This document shows, one piece after another, positions 8,318 through 16,222 of a stretch of 40,528 bases of DNA. Source of the DNA: a virus (Duplodnaviria; Caudoviricetes); IMG/VR virus record IMGVR_UViG_3300014656_000053, positions 1 through 40,528 of that record. One strand, given 5' to 3'. Made by a program: the position numbers and the translations under genes. Positions within the stretch are counted from its first letter, which is position 1. Each line of letters begins with the position of its first letter. The notes beneath the pieces are model-generated. The model was not told where the DNA came from. It was given only the letters and a program-made list of their open reading frames with translations, and did not search any database.

Positions 8318-9188
8318 TTGCCATCATTGTTACCGGGTCATCGGAACTGATTCCATTCGTCACCGTTATGGTGTCGAGGTCGATTTTTAACTGTCCCGTC
8401 GGGTTCAGTTTAAGTGTCGTCACTGTCCTCGGCGCTGCCGCCTTCGTCAAATCCACGAGTCCCCCGTTGATATTTACCGTAGTTATCGTTCCCGTCGAAT
8501 TCGATGTTATTGTCCCTCCGTTGGCGTTCAGCGTCGTTATCGCCCCGCTGCCGTAGGTAAGTAGTGTTCCCCCCTCGCATGTCGCTGTTATTGCCCCGCA
8601 TCCCATTATAACGTCTCCCCCGGTCTGATTCAGGGTCGTCAGGGTCACGCCGGACCCGATATAGACGTCCGCATCCGACGTCTTTTGCGTAACATAGCTT
8701 ACCGCCACGGTCGCCAGTGTCGATGTCTCCGCCGTTTCGTAGGCGATACCGACCTTGCCCTTGCGGACCTCGATTACGGTCGAGGCGTGGTTGCATATAA
8801 TCCTGACCGGCGGCATAGACGTCTCTGTCGCCATAACTGCCGAGTTAAGGATAGTCGTATATGACTGGGCCGTTCCGAGGTCTAATTTGATTCTTCCTGA
8901 GCCGACCAGATTGGCCGACGGCCCGTAGTTATATCCGATATCACATTTCGTCGCCCCGATTTGCAGATAGGCCGTTGTCGTCCCTATTTTGCCCGTGTAG
9001 TTCTGATTTATATTCAGCGATGCGAGCGTTACGGCCGACTGGTCCAGCCCGGCGTCTATAACCTGTGACGAGTTTTCAATATAAACATCGTCGCCGTTGG
9101 TCGGCACGCCCGATGGCGACCAGTTCGCCGCCACGCTCCAGTCCCCTTCGTTGCCCGCATCAGTTCCGACCCATATCTTTGTCGCCAT
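8307..9188 (-). CDS. Beta-solenoid-like tail-associated protein
   Basis: WSVAANWSPSGVPTNGDDV N-terminal motif; G/T-rich beta repeats; AAGGAG RBS. Confidence 0.75.
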   Translation of the reverse strand: MATKIWVGTDAGNEGDWSVAANWSPSGVPTNGDDVYIENSSQVIDAGLDQSAVTLASLNINQNYTGKIGTTTAYLQIGATKCDIGYNYGPSANLVGSGRIKLDLGTAQSYTTILNSAVMATETSMPPVRIICNHASTVIEVRKGKVGIAYETAETSTLATVAVSYVTQKTSDADVYIGSGVTLTTLNQTGGDVIMGCGAITATCEGGTLLTYGSGAITTLNANGGTITSNSTGTITTVNINGGLVDLTKAAAPRTVTTLKLNPTGQLKIDLDTITVTNGISSDDPVTMMANAA

Positions 9189-9203
9189 TATATATCTCCT
9201 TTT

Positions 9204-10094
9204 TTAATAAATTCCCAGTGCCGAAAAATTCATATATCGTTTCGTTTCAAAATTCAGCCACGTCGCCGTCTGTCCCTTTTCCAGTTTAATTCCCTCCGCA
9301 TCGAGAAGCACCGGCTGACTTACCTTGTCACCGTTATCATCTGTTGCTTCGACGATATCGAATTTGCTGGTTGTCCAATTATAAACTTTCATTCTCATTC
9401 CTTCGTGCCTGACCTTTCTTTTCCATCCGAGAGGATTGAACAGGAACACGAAGCTCGCATCCCAAAAGAAGAAGTAGCCCTGCCTCATTCTTCTTGCCCC
9501 GATTTCCTTGCACAGGACTATCCCGGGTGCATATCCCAGGAACCAATCATTATTGACTGCGTTGGCATATTGACTCATTAGCGCGTGGTTCCAATCTGCT
9601 TGTGCTCTTCTTATCCTGAGACCCAGCACTTTAACATCTTCCTGCAGCGGCGGGTCCGGCGGTTCTTTGTTGGCGTTTACAATCGGGTACCCGTAAATGT
9701 CCTCATCCACCCTATCCGACAGGTATTCCGTGAACCATTCGACGTCCCACGGCTGGTCGCAGGGATTGATATACACTCCGGCCGCCTCGATTGTGCAGTA
9801 GGATGGTTTATTGCTGTAAGTAACTTCCACATCGAACGTCATCGGCCCCGGCGGACTGCTCAGCCTGACCTGTACATCCACGACGACCAGCCAGGGATTA
9901 TAAGGATGGCTGGACCACATTCTGATGGGATTACCATTTGCTTCGACAATATTATCGGCCGCCATTAGCGGCCGCAATTCCGGCTCATCCTGGTTGTTGA
10001 ATACGACCCTGAATAGGCGGGTATATCGAACCTCGTTTAGAGATACCTGTCCTGATAGTCCTCTCCATTCTTCTGTACAGCTCAATATTGCCAT
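9204..10094 (-). CDS. Putative distal tail / baseplate protein
   Basis: Directly follows the tape measure gene; beta-rich. Confidence 0.65.
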   Translation of the reverse strand: MAILSCTEEWRGLSGQVSLNEVRYTRLFRVVFNNQDEPELRPLMAADNIVEANGNPIRMWSSHPYNPWLVVVDVQVRLSSPPGPMTFDVEVTYSNKPSYCTIEAAGVYINPCDQPWDVEWFTEYLSDRVDEDIYGYPIVNANKEPPDPPLQEDVKVLGLRIRRAQADWNHALMSQYANAVNNDWFLGYAPGIVLCKEIGARRMRQGYFFFWDASFVFLFNPLGWKRKVRHEGMRMKVYNWTTSKFDIVEATDDNGDKVSQPVLLDAEGIKLEKGQTATWLNFETKRYMNFSALGIY

Positions 10095-11338
10095 TATCCT
10101 ATGTCCACTAAAGCCGGGCTGGGATTCAGCCGGGCATATATCCTTTCCTGCAGCCGTTCAACTCTTGCCACTGCTTTTGCGGTATCTGCCGTATTTCTCG
10201 CCGTCTGCGCCTCGTAATTTATTGTAAGCGTCGGGGCCGTATAACCTCTTAGCGTTTGCGACTCATACGGCGCCCAGCCGGAAGCCGCCGGTGTGAATTT
10301 TGACGGTTCAGGAGAATACTTTTCTCTAATGTCCGTCAGATTCCTTTGTAATGCCTCTTCTATTTTCTTCCGGCCCTCGGCCGTATATTGTTCCGCGGCC
10401 AGTTCGGCGGCCCGTCGTTTAGCTAATAACTCCTCCGTTTCCTGTCCTTTCTTGGCGATGAAAAGCTCGGTATCTTCTTTTATATTCCTGATTCTCTCTT
10501 GTTCTTTTTCGTACTCATCGCCGGCCCTCTCGGCTTCTTTGATAGTCCTTTCGTGCTCCTTTGCGGCCTCCCTGGCCTCTGCCGCGGCAAAATCCTTCCG
10601 CGATTTTTCGAGAGCTGCATCCCTCGCTTTTTGTGCAGCATCTAATCCGGCTTTTATAGTAACGGGTTTGCCGAGTTGCGACAGTTTTTCTTCAATATCG
10701 GCCCTTATTTTATCGTAAGAACTCGGCTGACCTCCTATTGATCTTAACCATTCGGCGGCCTCTTTGATTTTTTTTAAGTCTTCTTCAAGTTTCGTCCGTT
10801 CAGTCGTGGCTGAGACAGAGACGGCCTTGTCGTATGCCTTACTCAGTTTATCCGCCGTATCTTTGTACTGGTTTATTATGTCTTGCCTCGCCGCTTCCTC
10901 TGGTGTAGCGTTAGATTTCACCAGTGAGCGTTCGGCAGCTTTAATTATATCAGCTTCAATGCTCTTGTATTCCTGAATACCTTGAAGTGCCTTCGTGAAT
11001 TGTGTTGCTCCTGAAATCTCGTCGGATAACTCCTTAAATTTTGATGCAAGACGGCCGACTATTGGAATCGCCCCGACAAACCCGGAAATTCCCCTGCTTA
11101 AAACCTCAATTTCCGATGCCCCTTCCCCCGCCGCCTTGTACATCGCCGTAAGCGAGTCGACCATACCTGTTAGGCCTACGCCATAAATACCGCCCCTGAG
11201 AAGCATCCCGAGTCCCGAACTCCTTTGGAAATTTTGCAGGGAACGTGAAAACTTCCCGAGACTCCATTCCACCTTGCCGAACACCTTCGACGCCTCATCG
11301 TGCGCCTTCAGCACCATGTCAACCGATTGCTTTGCCAT
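10094..11338 (-). CDS. Putative tape measure protein (short, 414 aa)
   Basis: Follows the G/GT chaperone; VLKAHDEASKVF-type N-terminus; helical A/E/K-rich. Confidence 0.75.
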   Translation of the reverse strand: MAKQSVDMVLKAHDEASKVFGKVEWSLGKFSRSLQNFQRSSGLGMLLRGGIYGVGLTGMVDSLTAMYKAAGEGASEIEVLSRGISGFVGAIPIVGRLASKFKELSDEISGATQFTKALQGIQEYKSIEADIIKAAERSLVKSNATPEEAARQDIINQYKDTADKLSKAYDKAVSVSATTERTKLEEDLKKIKEAAEWLRSIGGQPSSYDKIRADIEEKLSQLGKPVTIKAGLDAAQKARDAALEKSRKDFAAAEAREAAKEHERTIKEAERAGDEYEKEQERIRNIKEDTELFIAKKGQETEELLAKRRAAELAAEQYTAEGRKKIEEALQRNLTDIREKYSPEPSKFTPAASGWAPYESQTLRGYTAPTLTINYEAQTARNTADTAKAVARVERLQERIYARLNPSPALVDIG

Positions 11339-11718
11339 TATATCTTCAATCTCGCCTTATGTTTTGCCTTCTCATTTGATACGAACCTTGCCGCCTGCAG
11401 GAACCCTTTCGCCTGGTCTAACTGCCCTCCCGCCGCCGGCGGCAGTCCGTGCTCGAGGTAGAGTTCTACATACTCCAGTATCTCCCACGTGTCCGGCCTG
11501 ACGGCCTTTAGCGGGCATTGTGTTATCCTGATCGCCCCCGTCCCCCCGCAGTCGGGGCACTTGCCGACCCTGCCCTTCTTCCCGCGGCAGGTCATGCAGC
11601 TTCCGTATTCGCCCACTATCGGGCTTGATTCCGTCGGCTCGTCCGTGCATTGTTCTATTCCCGGGCAGTCCTTACAGCCGCCGCCATACTGCAGGGCGAC
11701 GGCTATTTGAAGTTTTTT
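11338..11718 (-). CDS. Tail assembly chaperone GT extension (reached by -1 frameshift), Cys-rich
   Basis: The -1 frame from the slippery site is open into ORF 11338..11616; ends LPPAAGGQLDQAKGF. Confidence 0.75.
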   Translation of the reverse strand, partial: KKLQIAVALQYGGGCKDCPGIEQCTDEPTESSPIVGEYGSCMTCRGKKGRVGKCPDCGGTGAIRITQCPLKAVRPDTWEILEYVELYLEHGLPPAAGGQLDQAKGFLQAARFVSNEKAKHKARLKI

Positions 11719-12104
11719 CGTTCGTCCCGGCCGAACCCCTGCTCGATGAAGGCATCCCGCAGTTCGCGTATCTCGGCGACGGTCAGGTAGTCGTCGAGCT
11801 TATCGATATCGAATGGGACCAGCTCGCCCGTGGCCGGGTCCTTGAGATTGCCCCAGCGGACCAGGCCTAACTTGACGTATTGGAAATAAACTCCTTTTTC
11901 CCACAATTTCTCGGTCTCTTCCTCGGTCTCTGTCCTTTCCTCCGCCTCGCCCATTAGCCGGTCGCGGAGCTCGTTCATTTGCTGTCTCATTTTGCTTGCG
12001 GACATATACCTGAACTCGAACCACGGCTGCTCTTCTTTGGGCAGGTTCTGGTCGCATTTAAGGACTACCTTGAATGTCGCGTTGGGGTCTGCGCCTACCG
12101 GCAT
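11703..12104 (-). CDS. Tail assembly chaperone (gpG-like)
   Basis: Between tube and tape measure genes; ends CGA AAA AAC TTC AAA TAG. Confidence 0.8.
   Translation of the reverse strand: MPVGADPNATFKVVLKCDQNLPKEEQPWFEFRYMSASKMRQQMNELRDRLMGEAEERTETEEETEKLWEKGVYFQYVKLGLVRWGNLKDPATGELVPFDIDKLDDYLTVAEIRELRDAFIEQGFGRDERKNFK
11712..11718 (-). other. Programmed -1 frameshift slippery site A AAA AAC
   Basis: In-phase X XXY YYZ heptamer just before the gpG-like stop. Confidence 0.8.
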
Positions 12105-12106
12105 TG

Positions 12107-12298
12107 TTAACTCCTTTCAATTTTCGTCCCGGGAACCGGGAAACTTTTTATTTTTTTCTCCGTGACCTCGACGGCCAGATATTTCTTCCGCGTCTCTTCA
12201 TCGAGCGCGTTCCACAGCCGCATTATTCCGGCGTCGCCGGTGCCCTCATGTCCCCCTCGGTTCCTGCAAATCGCCTCTCTTATTTTTTTAATGTCCAT
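12107..12298 (-). CDS. Small hypothetical protein
   Basis: GAGG RBS; typical slot between tube and chaperone. Confidence 0.65.
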   Translation of the reverse strand: MDIKKIREAICRNRGGHEGTGDAGIMRLWNALDEETRKKYLAVEVTEKKIKSFPVPGTKIERS

Positions 12299-12390
12299 AT
12301 CAAACCTCGTAATTTCGTCCCGGTTCCCGGGACTCCGCTTCGCTTCGTATTTCGTATATCGAACGACTAACGACGACCAACGAACGACGA

Positions 12391-13293
12391 TTACGTTACC
12401 GCAATCGACAGGGCATCATTACCCGCCGAGTGATGGCATTCACCCGTCAGGTCCAGCGAGTTGAATCCCTCGCGTTCCGCATCGCCCAACTGTTTGATTT
12501 GCACCTTCGGCATTGTGATTGTGATAATGTCGGTGCCGTCCGTGATGGGGATTGACACCGCCGATTCGGTCTCGGCTAATTTGATCCCGTGCCAGTCCTT
12601 GTCTGCGACCAGGTATTCGAGCGGGTCGATTGTCAGGACGATATCGTAATCGGCGAGTCCGAAGTAGTCGCCCGACATATTGACCGGCTTTATGCCGAGG
12701 TCAATCTCGAACCGAGACAGTTTCATCGCGTTTGTCGCCACCGTAACCGCCCCGCCGTCGAACAGTATTGGCTGGACCGTCGAGGGCGTCCATGCCGGCA
12801 TCGCCTCGCCGGTGGGCGGCAGCCAGAACCCGTCGAAGTCGCATTCGAGATATACGGGCTTGCCGTGCTCGCCCGATATTCGGACATTGCCCATCGCGCC
12901 CTGCATCATCTTTTTGAGGCCATCCTGCCATCCGGCTATTGATATGGTCTCATCGAGTGCCTGGCCTGAATGGACCGAATAGACCTCCGTCGCCTTAACG
13001 AGCCCGCAGGCCTGCAGCAGTATTGCGTCGAAGGCGTCCAGATGATGCGCGCCGTCGCCTTTGAGCTCGGTTCTAAACGTGACCTTGCCCGTCGCCTCGC
13101 CCTGTGCTCCCTGGAACTGGTGCCCGCGATAGAGTCCCGTCCCTTTGCGGTCGATATATTCGGAGTTCGACTCCATCTTGAGGTCATAGACATGTCCCGC
13201 CTGGGTAGGCGCCACAAATTCCCCGCGGTTCGTCTCGATTATCGCCTTGATTACTCGCAGGCGTCTTAGAGTTGGTGTCCCTGTGAATGCCAT
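12391..13293 (-). CDS. Major tail tube protein
   Basis: LLQACG motif, beta-rich 300 aa, GAAAGGA RBS, position. Confidence 0.8.
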   Translation of the reverse strand: MAFTGTPTLRRLRVIKAIIETNRGEFVAPTQAGHVYDLKMESNSEYIDRKGTGLYRGHQFQGAQGEATGKVTFRTELKGDGAHHLDAFDAILLQACGLVKATEVYSVHSGQALDETISIAGWQDGLKKMMQGAMGNVRISGEHGKPVYLECDFDGFWLPPTGEAMPAWTPSTVQPILFDGGAVTVATNAMKLSRFEIDLGIKPVNMSGDYFGLADYDIVLTIDPLEYLVADKDWHGIKLAETESAVSIPITDGTDIITITMPKVQIKQLGDAEREGFNSLDLTGECHHSAGNDALSIAVT

Positions 13294-13311
13294 TTGATTA
13301 TCCTTTCAAAA

Positions 13312-13794
13312 TTATCCCAATGTATAAGGGTCGTCGATTTTAGTTAGATAGTGAACAGTTACAGTCATTTCAAATCCGCAGTATCCCACCTGCCTGAATA
13401 TCGAGGCCGGTCCCAGCGTAATCCAGCCCAGCGAACCTATCCTGCCCTTATTCTCCCACAGTTTTTTGCGGATATCGGCAATGGCATGGTTGATAGCGGT
13501 ATCGGCCGAGTCGTCCGAGTCCGCCGGCGGCAGGATGAACCCTGTAACGGCGAAGTCCTGCTCCCAGTCCGAAGTATTTTGCGCCCCTTCTTCTCCGGTC
13601 TCGCGGTCTTCGAGCTGCGAGATGAACACCGTCCCGTTGGAGGCGGGCGCCCGGCCGTTTAGCAGGTTATCGAAATCTACCTGTTTGGGCCTGCCCGCGT
13701 AGAGGTCCTGCCGCCAGTCGCCCAGCGTCACACGGATCTCGTTGACTGCCGCTACCAGTGCTACTGCAATCTGTTCTATAATCGGCTCAGCCAT
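13312..13794 (-). CDS. Tail completion/terminator protein (start revised to MAEPIIEQ)
   Basis: Position and size; the upstream extension is heptamer repeat. Confidence 0.65.
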   Translation of the reverse strand: MAEPIIEQIAVALVAAVNEIRVTLGDWRQDLYAGRPKQVDFDNLLNGRAPASNGTVFISQLEDRETGEEGAQNTSDWEQDFAVTGFILPPADSDDSADTAINHAIADIRKKLWENKGRIGSLGWITLGPASIFRQVGYCGFEMTVTVHYLTKIDDPYTLG

Positions 13795-13857
13795 ATTCTC
13801 GATTCTCGATTCTCGATTCTGGATTCTCGTATCGAGCATCCAGTATCCAGTATCCAA

Positions 13858-14568
13858 TTATCCTGCTAATGCCATTTTCACCTGTGTCTCGATATTTTTG
13901 ATGAGCAGCGTATTAGCGAACATCTTTAGTCCCGTTATCGTTGTCCTCGCCTGTGCGAGCAGCTTTTCACTGCTGACAAAGACCATATTCGCATTATTAC
14001 TCATAAATTTTTCAATCAGGGGTGACGGCAGGATGCCACTCTCATGCGGAGAATCATTTCCCGGCACTAATACATGTTTGTGCTTATGTATTCGCACAAT
14101 CCACGCCGGTTCTAACGTCTGCCGACCCCGCCCGAGGTCATAAGTCACCTTCGGGATTCTTCGTTTGATTTTATACTGCCTGGAGAACCTCGCTTTTTTC
14201 CCGTATTTTTGTAAGAAGACATTCGTATACAGCCATATCGCCTGAGCCGGCGTGGTTGTCACTAAATGCGTTCTCGTTGTTTGCCTGGCCCCGAACGACG
14301 CCAAAGACGAGTTCCATCCGGCCCCTATCCAGACCTTTCCCCGCCAGTATTTTCGAGTGGCCGGATACAATCGGATTCGTTTGCGGATATCTTTCATTTT
14401 AAGATTAAAATGCGGCTTCAACTGCCGCACCGTTTCCGCCCGGGTTGTTTTGAGCGTATTATTTATGCCCCGGCTCATTATAATGGGCATCTTATCGGGC
14501 ACGCTTCGCAGTCGTCTTTTCACCGCCGCGATCTGCTGTTCATCGTATTGTATAGTTATAAAAGCCAT
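13858..14568 (-). CDS. Minor tail protein Z-like (start revised to MAFITIQ)
   Basis: Basic protein with SRGINNTLKTTR motif typical of the gpZ family. Confidence 0.7.
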   Translation of the reverse strand: MAFITIQYDEQQIAAVKRRLRSVPDKMPIIMSRGINNTLKTTRAETVRQLKPHFNLKMKDIRKRIRLYPATRKYWRGKVWIGAGWNSSLASFGARQTTRTHLVTTTPAQAIWLYTNVFLQKYGKKARFSRQYKIKRRIPKVTYDLGRGRQTLEPAWIVRIHKHKHVLVPGNDSPHESGILPSPLIEKFMSNNANMVFVSSEKLLAQARTTITGLKMFANTLLIKNIETQVKMALAG

Positions 14569-14633
14569 ATTCTCGATATTCGTCGTTCGTATTTCGTATT
14601 TCGAACGACGAACGACTAACGACGAAATACGAA

Positions 14634-15065
14634 TCATCCTATTTCCAGTTTTATCATTCCTGCATCCTGGTTGACCAGGCCGGTTATCCTTCTCGTTTCG
14701 GGCGTGCCGCCTTTTTGCAGGGCTATTTCCACCGTGTCCCTGTTGGTATCGAGTCCGGCTGCCGAGGCGGGATGATAGATGATTGTCTCGGCGTCGAAGG
14801 TGTCTAAGAAATCGTCTGCTATATCCTGCAGGGTCTCCTCGAAGCTGCCGATCGCCGCCGGCTGCGTTGCGGCGGTGCAGATTCCTTCTATCGGGTGGTT
14901 TTTAACGGTGATGAATATCTGTGGCTTGTTCATCTGCTGTATGCCCGGTATCGACTCCGGCTGCTCTCGGCCGACGATCGCCCGGATAGTCCTGGCGGGC
15001 GGCGTAACTCCGAAGGTCAGCGGCCTTTTCTTTTCTGTAATATCTGTAAAATCAATCTCTGGCAT
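14634..15065 (-). CDS. Head-tail joining (head closure) protein
   Basis: RTIRAIVGRE and QDAGMIKLE segments; position before gpZ-like gene. Confidence 0.6.
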   Translation of the reverse strand: MPEIDFTDITEKKRPLTFGVTPPARTIRAIVGREQPESIPGIQQMNKPQIFITVKNHPIEGICTAATQPAAIGSFEETLQDIADDFLDTFDAETIIYHPASAAGLDTNRDTVEIALQKGGTPETRRITGLVNQDAGMIKLEIG

Positions 15066-15213
15066 ATTCTCGATACTCGATGCTCGATACTCGATACTCG
15101 ATACTTGATTCTCGATCCCGGTTCCCGGGACTCCGCTACGTACTTGATTTCTGTCTTCTTACTTCTGTCCCGCACCACGTTGGGTGCACGGCTCGCCGTG
15201 AACCGCAATGGAT

Positions 15214-16212
15214 TTACGGGCTATAGTTTTCCGCATCCTGCATAATCTGATACGTCCCGTCGTCCGACCATTCCTGCTGCGTCTCCGGCGTCCCGGCCTC
15301 GTTATAGAGGTATATCAACGATGATGTCCTGACCAGTTTTTTGAAGTCAATTCGCCATAATTGCACTACCATCTCCGGCCACGTATCGGCAAGTCCGTTG
15401 GGGTCGGTAGTTGGTATGAGGTCGAGGCCCGTCGGCAGCAGGTTGACAAAAACCCCGTTGAGGTCGTTTGCGTCGAGTGCGGCCGTCTCTATCGCCGCTA
15501 CCGCCGCCAGGATGGCCACATCGTTTATCTCTGCGGTGTTATTGGTATTGACCTTCAGCTTGTTCGTCGTGCCATCAACTAATATCGCATCTGCGAAGTC
15601 CGATACCGTTGCTAAGGCCGTGAACTCAGCGATGATATTACCATTCGCATCGCCGACAAGCGTTGTTAAGGCCGCATCGGCCACGACCCGATTCGCATCG
15701 GCCAGCGAGCCATCGGCGAGGAGCGTATTTCTGGCAGCTGCTATTGCTATAGTATTATCAGCAACTCTCAAATCTATTGGCGCAAGATAATTAACCAAAT
15801 TTCCATCCGCTGTATCGAAGGCCTCATCCATCTCCGCCTTCGTCGGTCCGAACTGCTCTGCCGTTCCCGACCAGTTAATCTCGCCAATGCCTATTTTAGT
15901 ATCGTCATTTGCCGGACTGCCTCCCGCCTGTGAGTATATAACAAACGAATACCTGCCTGACCCAATATTGCCTGACTTGTCCCAATCACCCCCATAACGA
16001 CCACTTAAGCCGACTTCAGCCATATTCACGTCATAACTATCAGCGGCAACCCATTCTTCAAATGCAGAACCGTCAGTTAGAAAGACATATCCTGCCGGAC
16101 TAAAACGAGTAAAATAAAGAGTTTCCCCTGAATCGTAATTGAATTGAATCTCCGCCGAGAAAACAGCCCCGACCGTCAAAAGTAGGGCGGCGATAAAAGT
16201 TAAACGTTTCAT
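15214..16212 (-). CDS. Hypothetical acidic protein with signal peptide (start MKRLTFIAALLL)
   Basis: AAGGAG RBS; n/h/c-region signal ending VFSA. Confidence 0.75.
   Translation of the reverse strand: MKRLTFIAALLLTVGAVFSAEIQFNYDSGETLYFTRFSPAGYVFLTDGSAFEEWVAADSYDVNMAEVGLSGRYGGDWDKSGNIGSGRYSFVIYSQAGGSPANDDTKIGIGEINWSGTAEQFGPTKAEMDEAFDTADGNLVNYLAPIDLRVADNTIAIAAARNTLLADGSLADANRVVADAALTTLVGDANGNIIAEFTALATVSDFADAILVDGTTNKLKVNTNNTAEINDVAILAAVAAIETAALDANDLNGVFVNLLPTGLDLIPTTDPNGLADTWPEMVVQLWRIDFKKLVRTSSLIYLYNEAGTPETQQEWSDDGTYQIMQDAENYSP
15927..16026. repeat. 100-bp direct repeat, copy 1 (copy 2 at 33378..33477)
   Basis: 99/100 identical by direct comparison. Confidence 0.93.
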
Positions 16213-16222
16213 ATAAACTCCT

